Origin: a bacterium
GTDB lineage: Bacteria; SM23-31
Assembly (NCBI GenBank): GCA_965249485.1
Contig: OZ252239.1
Location: 992,001-1,056,000 of the forward strand
Direction: 5' to 3'
Length of the DNA: 64,000 nt
Shown here piece after piece: positions 46,014 to 56,065 of this stretch. How positions within the stretch are numbered: the stretch's first letter is position 1; every line of letters begins with the position of its first letter. The translations under genes were made by a program, and so were the position numbers. The notes beneath the pieces were generated by a model, which had not been told where the DNA came from, did not search any database, and worked only from the letters and a program-made list of their open reading frames with translations.

Positions 46014-47447
46014 ATGAAAAGAAGAACGAATGTAACTGCTATAGGTTTAATAATTGCATTTTTATTACCCGTTATCTCCTTCGCACAAGAAACCTCTGCC
46101 ATGAAACCTGACGGAGAGACCGGATTAAAGAAGCTACAATTACCTTCGGGTCCCGCTGGTCCAGGCCGTTTCGGTGCCTACTATACTAAACTTGAGTAAG
46201 ATGAGGAATGGGACAATGTGTGGCGGATGGACAATCACGCCGATGTTGTGGTACGGTTCGATAATGGAGGGCACAGGCTTGTCTTCTGGCGCGGTACCAG
46301 CTATATCCCCTGTTGGGTTACCGGTAATGGTATATGGTATACTAATGAATTCTTGGAACGTCGAGGTCGTGGAATCAAAGAAACCAAGGGCCTTGTCGAA
46401 CCGATGTCTGACAAACAATGCAGGTATTCTCATGTGCGAATAATCGAAAGCAGTAATGCCCGTGTTGTTATTCACTGGCGCTATGCTCCTGTTGATGTGT
46501 ATTATCAACATCCGTATGTTGATGCAGAAAACGGTTGGGGTGACTGGGTTGACGAGTATTATACCATCTATCCGGATGGTGTCGGTATCCGCAAAGCAAC
46601 CATCCATACAACTGCTCCTGATGAGTTTGCTGAATGGCATGAGGCTATTGTTGTAAACCAGCCCGGAACTATGCCGACCGACAATATTGAACCGACTGCC
46701 GTAACACTTGCCAATATGAAGGGCGAATCCCGGGATTATACCTGGACAAAAGACGGTACGCCCGAGGAATTTGATAACCTACCGGAAGACTGTTGTATCC
46801 AGATGGTCAACTTGAAGTCCGTAAAAAAACCATTTACCATTGTCGACCCAAGCGGGTTAAACATAACTACATACGGTGGTCATGCACCCAATTCAATTTT
46901 TACCCACCGGGATCACTGGCCGGTGTCTCAGGATAAATCATGGACTAGGATAACCACCTCGGCTGACAAACCTTCCCACTCTTCACTATTTAACCTGAGG
47001 GACTGGAAAGACTATGCCCGGAGCGAGAACTCGATAACAAAGCTCATGATGAATGGAATGACGGAGAAATCAGCCGGTGAACTGGTGCTCCTTGCAAAAT
47101 CCTGGCTGAAAGCCCCGGATGCAAAGTTGTCAACAGCCGCATATAGTTATGATGGTTATGATCCCGCGCAAATGGCGTACGTGTTCTCTTACCGGAATAA
47201 AAACACATCTCGTACTCTTGAATTCGAACTTTTTGCCAGTGAGGATTCTCCTGTTATTAACCCTGCCTTTGTGATAGAAAACTGGGGAGATGATGATACT
47301 AATTTGGTAATTAATGAGAAACAGTTTAAACAGGGAAACAATTTTCGTGTTGGACACCGATACAGAATCGAAGGAAGCGACTTGATTGTCTGGCTTGAAT
47401 CCGAATTGACAAAGCCGGTAAAGGTATCATTTCTAGCGAAGCAATAG
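46014..47447 (+). pseudogene. Exported hypothetical protein with in-frame TAA at 46197-46199
   Basis: Signal peptide; YYTKLE*DEEWDNVWR, with both ORFs in the same frame. Confidence 0.75.
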
Positions 47448-47570
47448 TTGAGGCACCTAATAAATGAGCGCAGGCAGGCTTTGTAAGCCGGAACGCTATA
47501 ATATGCTGTTGATAAAACAATTAATAGTAATTGACTACCGTATACAAAATAAATATCAATATCAGGTCTT

Positions 47571-47634
47571 GGTTGTACGTCGTCAGATCATTTGGACATG
47601 CTGAGTTAAATAGTAAAGTATGTAATTTTACAAC
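47571..47634 (-). repeat. Cassette element, promoter half with shortened spacer
   Basis: gtacgtcgtcagatcatttggaca...atagtaaagtatgtaattttacaa (12-bp spacer). Confidence 0.7.
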
Positions 47635-47687
47635 GATACTGTGTTATGAAAAATGGACGTTTATTCCGGTTGTAACCGTTCTTGAGA

Positions 47688-48446
47688 CTACAACTCTCTT
47701 TTCGTTGTCCAGAATAGAGCGTTCGTAACCAATTGTATGAATGTCGGATTTTCCCAATCACTCAGTCCGCCTGCTGAAATATAACACACACGACCACCTT
47801 TGTACGTCCGTGTCCATGCTACCGGTTCAGTTTTAAAGGATTCAGGGCCCTCAAAAGGGATGGTGCCTGATAGCAACACCTCAGCATCCGAAGCCACCGG
47901 CGAGGTCTTGTATAAGCTGTACTCGGAACTGAAATCAACAATGCCTTTTAATACCGGATGATCCTTGGCTTCCGGATTGATTGTTACCGCTACCGGAGGA
48001 TGGTCACCGTAATGGTCATCATAGTTGCCGCCGAGTACGAGCTTATCAAACTCTAACCAGTTCTGAAATCCATGGCTCGCGGTCCGTATGCCGACAATCG
48101 GTTTGCCGGACGTAGCGTATCTTTTTATCGCCTCTAACTGCTCACCGTCGATCGTAATACGGCGGGTAAAAAATAGCGCAACATCACAATCATCCAGAGC
48201 CTCAAGTCCCTGAAGGTCGGAACGTTCTCCTTTAAAGTTCTTTTCACCACCCGCCTTGAGAAGCGTAACCTGCACGTTCTCATAATTATTCTCAAGGTAA
48301 TTCTTGTAATCTGCAAGTGATTCATCAGAAGAATACTCGTTCGACCCGGATACAAAGACAATCTTGAGGGTTTCTTTTTTACTACAAGCGAGCAGGGTAA
48401 TGCAGCAGATTAAAGTGGTTGCCATTATTGTGGATATTTTTCTCAT
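47688..48446 (-). CDS. ThuA-like domain lipoprotein
   Basis: LLAC lipobox; GKPIVGIRTASH, HPVLKG, PVAWTRTY.GGRV. Confidence 0.8.
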   Translation of the reverse strand: MRKISTIMATTLICCITLLACSKKETLKIVFVSGSNEYSSDESLADYKNYLENNYENVQVTLLKAGGEKNFKGERSDLQGLEALDDCDVALFFTRRITIDGEQLEAIKRYATSGKPIVGIRTASHGFQNWLEFDKLVLGGNYDDHYGDHPPVAVTINPEAKDHPVLKGIVDFSSEYSLYKTSPVASDAEVLLSGTIPFEGPESFKTEPVAWTRTYKGGRVCYISAGGLSDWENPTFIQLVTNALFWTTKREL

Positions 48447-48577
48447 GCTATGATCCTCCTAAGTATTAAAAAATCGGTATCTCAACTTCGTTCAATCAGA
48501 CAATTTCAGATATGACACATGGTTCTCTCTCTGTTTGTTGTAAGAGCGTGCCTGTTCCGATGTCACACCACGTTTTG

Positions 48578-48605
48578 CTCCCAGGGCTGTACGATTCGCG
48601 AACTT
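48578..48605 (-). repeat. Cassette element, att-like arm only
   Basis: ctcccagggctgtacgattcgcgaactt, ~6 bp past the M24 stop. Confidence 0.8.
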
Positions 48606-48611
48606 TATTGT

Positions 48612-50024
48612 TCAATAGATCAGTTCGATTTTCTCGTTTGGCGGCTGAAGCCATTCAACTCCCCGGTTGGATATAATTTGGACATTGCACACATTGATAG
48701 TAAGTGGATAACCGGGCCTTTCGGGCAGATTCGTATAGACCAAATATTCAAACGCAAAGAAATTGTTCTCTTGGATCACCAGATGGTGCCGGTCTTGCCG
48801 GAAAGTTGACATCGAGGGCCCGATACGATTTATTATGTCGGAATCACCACCATTAAGATTATTGCCAAAGGCGTGATTATCGATGGTAAATCCCGATTTA
48901 TCTGTATTAGCGAGAATTTTCCTTACTTTCATTTGATCTTCCGATCCAATGTCATTCGAGGGTATGTATATGTACCCTTCCTTTTTCATGGCTTCGACCA
49001 TAGCATCCAAGGATTCTCCGGCGGTCATGCCGACTTTCATATGGTCCTTCAATATCCATTGACCCGCTATTGACTTATCGTAGGCATACTGAAGACTCTC
49101 AGGAGCACGTGTTTCTCCATCTCTCAAAATATACGCATATGTTTTCGTATCTGTCCCAAAACTCATATATCGAACCGGAGCACCGAGTACAATAAAATCG
49201 CCGCGCTGGTATACGTAGTGAGGAGAGCGTGTATCGGATAGGTTTGAAACAGCTGAATAGGAAACACTCGGGCCTCCCGCACTCGTACTATAACCTGTTA
49301 AATGCCGCTTGTATGCCTCTTCCCGTGCCCACCAGCCTATATCCTCCCGCGTCGTAACACCAGGTATGATAAGCTCCATTGATTTTTCAACAATCTGACG
49401 CCGTATCTCTAATGTATTGGTCAGCGCAGTCACTTCCCTGAGAACTCTTCGTGCCAGGAATTCTGAAATGACATTCTCGGCAGAGATTATTCTTTGAGAA
49501 TATTTTGGTCCCAGTATTTTCTCCAGTTTCAGATATTCAGTATACGAGATTCCGTCTGCTGAAGAGATCCAGGAGGAATAATTCACCGCAATCGTTTTCG
49601 GGTCGCGCTCAGCAACGAATTCCGTTAATTCGTCGTAGACCGAGAAGTCCATCGTGCCATCCTCATAGCCGTCAACAGCCCGGGCAATTTCCGGAGAGCC
49701 GTACACGTCAATATTTTCAACAGCTCCTGCTCCACCAAACACAGCCCGTTCGATCCTGTCACCACGATCGGTAAAGATCAAATAACCGGACGTCGATCCA
49801 AATTGGGGGACCAGAGGATCAGGATCTCCGGAACGGGTGACATGGATCCACATGTCCACATTGTTGTCGCGCATTGCTCCCGGAAGTATAAGATCAATTT
49901 TCTGGTTTCTCATCTGTCGAAGAATTTCCCCGCCTGCTCTCGATGAATTCACACCCGGTTGCGCACTGGCTACAGGTACGGTGAAAATCACAGAAATTAA
50001 AATTAACAATATTCGAGTTATCAT
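48612..50024 (-). CDS. Secreted M24 peptidase-like paralogue
   Basis: LPGAMRDNNVDMW, IIPGVTT, FGTDTK, IDNH, FAFEY; GAGGAG RBS. Confidence 0.85.
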   Translation of the reverse strand: MITRILLILISVIFTVPVASAQPGVNSSRAGGEILRQMRNQKIDLILPGAMRDNNVDMWIHVTRSGDPDPLVPQFGSTSGYLIFTDRGDRIERAVFGGAGAVENIDVYGSPEIARAVDGYEDGTMDFSVYDELTEFVAERDPKTIAVNYSSWISSADGISYTEYLKLEKILGPKYSQRIISAENVISEFLARRVLREVTALTNTLEIRRQIVEKSMELIIPGVTTREDIGWWAREEAYKRHLTGYSTSAGGPSVSYSAVSNLSDTRSPHYVYQRGDFIVLGAPVRYMSFGTDTKTYAYILRDGETRAPESLQYAYDKSIAGQWILKDHMKVGMTAGESLDAMVEAMKKEGYIYIPSNDIGSEDQMKVRKILANTDKSGFTIDNHAFGNNLNGGDSDIINRIGPSMSTFRQDRHHLVIQENNFFAFEYLVYTNLPERPGYPLTINVCNVQIISNRGVEWLQPPNEKIELIY

Positions 50025-50056
50025 GACCTTCTCCTCTATTGATTTTTTAGTGATGA

Positions 50057-50121
50057 ATAGTACGTTAACCATTTTGTTATTACAAGTGATTTCTGCTCCC
50101 CGGGCAGTACGATTTACGAAC
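50057..50121 (-). repeat. Cassette-boundary element copy
   Basis: TTGTAA-17bp-TACTAT; ctccccgggcagtacgatttacgaac. Confidence 0.85.
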
Positions 50122-50510
50122 TATCGGGATTAAGACTAATTTCACTGGGCGGGAAAAAATACTCGACTCCACGTTAGGTGACATATGCATCGTCATGAAA
50201 CCATAAATCTAAATGGTTCTCTTCGTTTTCTCTGGTGGGAAACGGCATATAAATAAACATTTCCATAACAAAGTGGTGATTGAGTTGGAGTGTCATTTTG
50301 TTTTGCCAATCCGGACCATATGAACCAATCCTGGGATCATTCACTCCTTTTCCCTTGCCATGCAAAGTCGATCATAACCTGGGTTTATTCAGGATCCGCG
50401 TTTGTGTCATATCGGTCTTTATCGATGTAAACGTATCCGGTCTCTACTAATTTATCGATGAGATTCTCAAACATTTTTCTTCCAGTTGGACCTGCTCTGA
50501 TGTTTTTAGG
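50121..50510 (-). pseudogene. Decayed C-terminal fragment of an M24-like gene
   Basis: KNIRAGPTG..GYVYIDKD..*..HGKGKG..PRIG..FVMEMF..HDDAYVT*RGVEYFFP, with stops and a frameshift. Confidence 0.75.
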
Positions 50511-50591
50511 GCAAATTTCAAATCCAGTTATAGGACGAGATGCCATATATATGGGATGACATATTGCATCAATTCGGTCATTTCCAGGTTG

Positions 50592-51957
50592 TTATCGAAT
50601 TAAAAGCACCCGGTATTGCGGCGGGTACAACCATTCAAGACCGTGTTCCGTGACCAACACGTTTTCTTCGATAGCAACAGTGATTTTTTTTCCATTCCAT
50701 TCGTCTACCGGTGAGTAAACGAAGAATTCCAGGGAAATGATGGTATTGGGTCTGATTTCGTATTCGGTCAGCTCGGGAGTAAACCACTCGTCAAGCCCGG
50801 CCGCCACATCGTGGGCGATGTTGCCCATTCGCAACAGTTACTTCAGTATCGGGAACGTCACTGGGGCGTTCTACATCTGTGTAAACGTAACCGGCATCTC
50901 GAAGATGCTGTTTGAGCTCATCTAATTGTTCCCGGCCGGTTCGTCCCGTTCGGACGTTTTTTCGAATGATTTCGCGTATTTTCATTGCCTCTTCAAAAGC
51001 TTTGAGAACTCCAGGCGGTGCAACTTCTTCTTCTTCTCTGAGGACGTAGGCGAAACGCTTGATATCTGTTGAAAAATTGTTGCGATTGAGCCCCCAATCG
51101 CTCGACAGTATATCCCCTCCTTGGAAGACACGTTCTACACCTTTCCCTCTGCTAAGGGTTTGATACCTCCCCTGGAAATCAAGTTCTTGAAACCCCACCC
51201 CTGGAAGCCAGGTTCTGCTCAAACCCATCGCTTCACGGTACTCCTCTAACCATCGGATAACATCGTAGTAGGTCGTTTTACCAGGCGTGATAACTTCGTT
51301 GGACAGGGCACGTTCTATTCCTCTACGTGTGATGTCACCGACCTTGGAGAATTCAATGATTTCACTGGCAACATGCTCGCCGTGAAAATCGGCAATAAGA
51401 CGCTGAGCGGACACGAAGCGTTCAGCATATTTCTCTCCCAATTCCTCAGCAATGAATTTGTAATCCTTGTGGGAAAGGCCGTCTGCAGTATGAACTCCTT
51501 CTCCTATGATTGGAGGATCGAGGTAATTCAAAGCGATTCGTTTCGGGTCGCGCTCCTCGACTATCGACCGGAGATCACTTCCTTCTTCGATCGTGTCGTA
51601 GGCACCGCATATATCGGCCATTTCAGAACTGCCGGGGCCACCAAGTGAATACCTCTCGATGCGCTCATCTCCTCCGTCATAGAAGACGTAAATTCCATGA
51701 CCGTAAGCGGTCTCAATGCCGAAATCGAGTATCATTGGATCGGTGCCACGGCCACGATCAATGATGATCCACATATCGATGTTGTTACGGCGCATGGCAT
51801 TGGGAAGCACGTAATTGAATTTATCTTTACGGATCATGCAGGAAATTTCCCATTGGGACTCCCATGAAGCCTTAGAATGATCGGGCGGACGCTGTGCAGA
51901 AGCATCAGGTACCGTGAATATCACAGCAAATAATAAAATCACAATTCGAGATAACAT
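50592..51957 (-). pseudogene. M24 peptidase-like paralogue, frameshift/deletion near 50830
   Basis: LPNAMRRNNIDMW, SDWG..STDIKR; second ORF ISLEFF..IEENVLVT..GLEWLYPP. Confidence 0.85.
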
Positions 51958-52082
51958 AACGTTCTCCTCTTTTTTATTAATAGTAGTTTTTTGTTAATTT
52001 CTTTATGTGAATTACTTCAAGTGTGGTCAGACTTTTAGCGTAATGATTGTTACAACGGTTTGTTCATAAGCCTTATACACGT

Positions 52083-52154
52083 GGGTAGGCGTCGTCGAAA
52101 CAATTCGGATAGTATTAGTTGAATTTTAAAAGATATATTTAGCATTTGCAAGTG
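52083..52154 (-). repeat. Cassette element, promoter half
   Basis: cgtcgaaacaattcggata; TTGCAA-17bp-TAAAAT. Confidence 0.7.
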
Positions 52155-52709
52155 TTATTTATTTGCTTCCTAAGAGAGATAGCAATCCAGATACCTCCTC
52201 ACAAGCTTTTCTGTAGACCACGATTTAAACGTTAATTGCTTGCAAAGGCAATTTTTGACGAATGTATGGTAAAAGTGTTTACCAAATACTATGTATTGAT
52301 TTTTGATATTCTATAGTGTTGGTATGCATAAAGAGAAGATCAAAGGAATTCTAAAAATATCTAATTTATCCGGATTCAATATAAAAAAATGACCTTGAAC
52401 ACGTACATCCCGGTATTGTTGGGCAATAATTGCCGATTTTATGTTTGCCGGAGTAGTTATCAAGGTCATAAATTCAAACTAAGTACTAATAGCGCAATAA
52501 GTGTGCTAAACAATTTCCATCCCGCAAATATCTTTCTGAATTATCCAAAGTGCAACAAATAAAACACTCAAAATATGTGCTCTATGGTGGGAATAGAGGT
52601 GGGAATAAATGTTGAGACCCTTGAAGGACGTGTGAAATTGGGAGGTGTGATTCAACTAAAATATTTTCAAGGGAATAATTTTTTTATGGTTATTGGAACT
52701 AAAATTGTA

Positions 52710-52725
52710 AATCAAACGTTTGATT
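52710..52725. promoter_or_regulatory. Probable TetR operator
   Basis: Perfect 16-bp palindrome AATCAAACGTTTGATT, 41 bp before the tetR start. Confidence 0.7.
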
Positions 52726-52766
52726 AAAATAAGTGTTTGAATTATTGCACATATTATAATTAATGA

Positions 52767-53444
52767 ATGGGAATACAAGTGAAAGATAAATCAACAAAAA
52801 TTAGATTATTGGATGCAGCGGAAAGTCTTTTTGCTGACAAAGGGATTAGTGGAACTTCTCTAAGAAATATTATTGCAGAAGCCGGAACTAATATCGCGTC
52901 TGTACATTATCATTTCGGTTCAAAAGAAGAGCTGATAAAGGAAGTGTATTCAAGAAGACTGAAGCCCATAATTGAGGAGCGCAAAAAACTACTTGATGAA
53001 ATTGATTTTCGTCAAAATAAAGATCAAGTATTAAAAAATGTAATTATTGCCTTTATAAAACCAATGCTGATGGTTCACTTAGGAGTACACAAGGATAAAA
53101 AAATCTTTCTTAAGCTAATGGAAAAAGTTCTTAGTGAAAAAGATGACTTAAAAAAAATAATTATTTCTAATTTCGAAAATACAAATAGAACATTTCTACA
53201 AAAGTTTCAGGATCTTTTTCCTGAATTGCATAAAGTTGATCTAATATGGAGGTTCAAGTTTATTTTTGGTGTAGTATTAGCAAGTGCAAGATTATTTCCA
53301 AATTCAAGTGTATTTGAAGTAAAAAATCCCGATGCAATGGATGTTCAATTTCACCTTGACAGGATTGTACCGTTTTTAGTAGCTGGATTCAACGCACCTG
53401 TAGTAAATAACAGTTTAAGGGAGAAAGAAACAAATGAGATATAA
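52767..53444 (+). CDS. TetR/AcrR family regulator
   Basis: LLDAAESLFADKG..TSLR.I..AG.N.ASVHYHFGSKEEL. Confidence 0.92.
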   Translation: MGIQVKDKSTKIRLLDAAESLFADKGISGTSLRNIIAEAGTNIASVHYHFGSKEELIKEVYSRRLKPIIEERKKLLDEIDFRQNKDQVLKNVIIAFIKPMLMVHLGVHKDKKIFLKLMEKVLSEKDDLKKIIISNFENTNRTFLQKFQDLFPELHKVDLIWRFKFIFGVVLASARLFPNSSVFEVKNPDAMDVQFHLDRIVPFLVAGFNAPVVNNSLREKETNEI

Positions 53445-54870
53445 ATTTTTATTGGCAGGTATGCTTTTTCTTTCGTGCTCATCAACGTTAACGAAAAATG
53501 AAATAAACGAACATATTCAAATACCAGACACCTGGGTTGAGAAAATTAGTTCAACTAATATAGAAAATACCATTTGGTGGAATGAGTTTGAAGACAATAA
53601 ATTAAATAAAGTTATTCTTGATGCTTACGAAAATAACCACACATTACAAATTGCGTCTGCAAATGTAATTGCTGCATCTTCTCAAGCAAAAATTGCTGGC
53701 GCACCATTATTACCCGAAGCAAACTTAAGTTTAAATACACAAAAGAGAAAACAAAATTTTATAGGTTTTCCAATTCCGGGAAATGAGAGGGGTGTTTTAA
53801 GCAATACCAGTACAACTTTTGGAGCATCCTTAAATATTTCCTGGGAAATAGATCTTTGGCAAAAATTAAGTGCTGAACATGCGGGAGCTATTGCCAATGT
53901 GCAAATTGCTGAAGCAGATCTAAAAGGAGCCAAGTTATCTTTGGAAGGACAAATTTGTAAAGCTTGGTTTACTGCGATAGAGTCAAAAAGACAAGTTGAA
54001 TTAGCCATTGCAACGCTTGCCAACCTCCAATTATCAGTTGACCAAATTCGTACAAGATATAAAGCAGGATTGATCAAATCTCTAGATTTGAGATTAGCAC
54101 TTTCAAATCTTGCATTATCAAAGTCATCTGTTATACAAAGAGAAAATCAGTATAAAAATTCTATAAGACAGTTGGAGTTGTTACTTGGAAAATATCCTAC
54201 AGCTGAACTTCAAATCAGTGAAAATTTACCTGAATATTCAAATGATATCCCATCTGTATTACCTGCAGAATTAATTTCAAGACGTTCTGATCTGGTAAGA
54301 GCAGAACGAACATTAGCAGTCGCGAATGCAGGAATTAAAAGTGCGAAAGGAAGATTATATCCGCAAATCAGTCTGACAGGTGCAAAAGGAAGTTCCAGCC
54401 AGGAGATAGATAATATTTTAGATGGAGATTTTGGGATCTGGAATATTGGTGCAAGTATTTTACAGCCGATATTTCAACGCGGCAAGTTAAGAGAGGGAGT
54501 GAAATTGGCAGAACAAAATTCTGAAATTGCATTAAACCAATTTGTGCAGTCTGCACTAACAGCATTCACTGAAGTAGAAAATGCAATTTCAAACGAAAAT
54601 TACTTAAAGGAAAGAGAAAAGTTAATTGAATCTGCTGTTGAACAAGCTGTAGCAGCACGATCATTAGCTGAAGATCAATATTTAAAAGGATTAAATAATT
54701 TTATTACAATGTTAGAAGCACAACGTTCAGCATATGAAAATGAAAGTCAATTATTAACGGTAAAAAGAGAAAAACTAACTGCCAGAGTTGACCTATATTT
54801 AGCTCTTGGTGGAAATTTTAAAAATGACCTGATTGATTCAAAATCAGAAAATGGAGCAATGAATGAATAG
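53434..54870 (+). CDS. RND outer-membrane factor (NodT/TolC family) lipoprotein
   Basis: FLSC lipobox, WWNEF.D, SWEIDLW, RRSDL, LYLALGG. Confidence 0.92.
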   Translation: MRYKFLLAGMLFLSCSSTLTKNEINEHIQIPDTWVEKISSTNIENTIWWNEFEDNKLNKVILDAYENNHTLQIASANVIAASSQAKIAGAPLLPEANLSLNTQKRKQNFIGFPIPGNERGVLSNTSTTFGASLNISWEIDLWQKLSAEHAGAIANVQIAEADLKGAKLSLEGQICKAWFTAIESKRQVELAIATLANLQLSVDQIRTRYKAGLIKSLDLRLALSNLALSKSSVIQRENQYKNSIRQLELLLGKYPTAELQISENLPEYSNDIPSVLPAELISRRSDLVRAERTLAVANAGIKSAKGRLYPQISLTGAKGSSSQEIDNILDGDFGIWNIGASILQPIFQRGKLREGVKLAEQNSEIALNQFVQSALTAFTEVENAISNENYLKEREKLIESAVEQAVAARSLAEDQYLKGLNNFITMLEAQRSAYENESQLLTVKREKLTARVDLYLALGGNFKNDLIDSKSENGAMNE

Positions 54871-56065
54871 ATTATCAAAAAAATTATTGCCGATATTTGT
54901 TTTAATTTTTGGTGTGATAATTGCAATAATTATTATAAAATCAAAACCAGACGTAGAGACGGTTCCGGTAAAAATTATCCCAAAACAGGTTAAAGCGTTT
55001 ATAGCTGAAAAACAGTCAATAACTATTACTGTAAAAACTCAGGGAACAATAAAACCTGGAACAGAAACTGTACTTGTTTCCCAAGTTTCCGGACAAATAA
55101 AAAATATATCAAAAGCATTTGTAAATGGTGGATTTTTTGAAAAAGACGATATTCTTTTGCAAATTGAAGATAGTGATTATCAGTTAACATTTATACAATT
55201 AGAACTTCAAGTAGCCCAAGCGGAATTAAGGTTGAAAATAGAAGAACAGGAAGCAAATGTTGCTATACAGGAATGGGAAAAATTAAATGAAGGAAAACCT
55301 TCACCGCTTGCTGCACGAGAACCACATTTAAATGAAGCAAAAAGAGCGCTTGAAGCAGCAAATGCGTCGCTCCAACAAGCAAATTTAAATCTTGAAAGAA
55401 CAAAAATAAGAGCTCCTTATTCAGGAAGAATTCGTACAAAGACTGTGGATCTAGGACAGTATGTAAATCCAGGTATGTCTCTTGCAAACATTTACGGTGT
55501 CGATATAGCTGAAGTCAGATTACCTGTGCCAGATGAGGAACTAGCTTATATCGATTTTCCAATAGACTTCAGGGGCTTGCAAGATAGAGAGTCTGGTCCC
55601 AGGATTAAATTAACTGCAGACTTTGCTGGAAAAATTCAAAATTGGGAAGGATACCTTTCTAGAATAGAGGGTGAAATTGAACAAAGAAGCAGGATGATAA
55701 ATTTAGTAGCAAAAGTTAATGATCCTTATGGAAAGTCAAAAACACTCAATAAACCGCCTTTAACTGTAGGAATGTTCGTCAACGCCGAAATATTTGGTCG
55801 AAAATATGATGATATAATGATTATACCTCGATCAGCATTAAGGAATAAAAATCAAATATTAATCATTGACGAAAATAATAAATTAAGGTTTAGGACAGTT
55901 GAAATTTTAAAACTTGAATCTGAAGAAGCATATATAAGTGCAGGTATTGAAAACGGTGAAAAAGTATGTGCAACTACATTAACAACAGTTGTCGAAGGTA
56001 TGGATGTAGAAATATATGAAGAAATAAATTTTAGTTCACAATCAAACGATGGAGAAACAAAATGA
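54863..56065 (+). CDS. RND periplasmic adaptor (MFP)
   Basis: QVSG.I, RTKIRAPYSG, VDLGQYV.PG, GMFV. Confidence 0.92.
   Translation: MNRLSKKLLPIFVLIFGVIIAIIIIKSKPDVETVPVKIIPKQVKAFIAEKQSITITVKTQGTIKPGTETVLVSQVSGQIKNISKAFVNGGFFEKDDILLQIEDSDYQLTFIQLELQVAQAELRLKIEEQEANVAIQEWEKLNEGKPSPLAAREPHLNEAKRALEAANASLQQANLNLERTKIRAPYSGRIRTKTVDLGQYVNPGMSLANIYGVDIAEVRLPVPDEELAYIDFPIDFRGLQDRESGPRIKLTADFAGKIQNWEGYLSRIEGEIEQRSRMINLVAKVNDPYGKSKTLNKPPLTVGMFVNAEIFGRKYDDIMIIPRSALRNKNQILIIDENNKLRFRTVEILKLESEEAYISAGIENGEKVCATTLTTVVEGMDVEIYEEINFSSQSNDGETK

Noticed and set aside
52391..52413. Possible inverted element arm (cgtacatcccgg); similar one near 60503-60520
   Set aside because: Matches of only ~12 bp without the rest of the element; could be chance.
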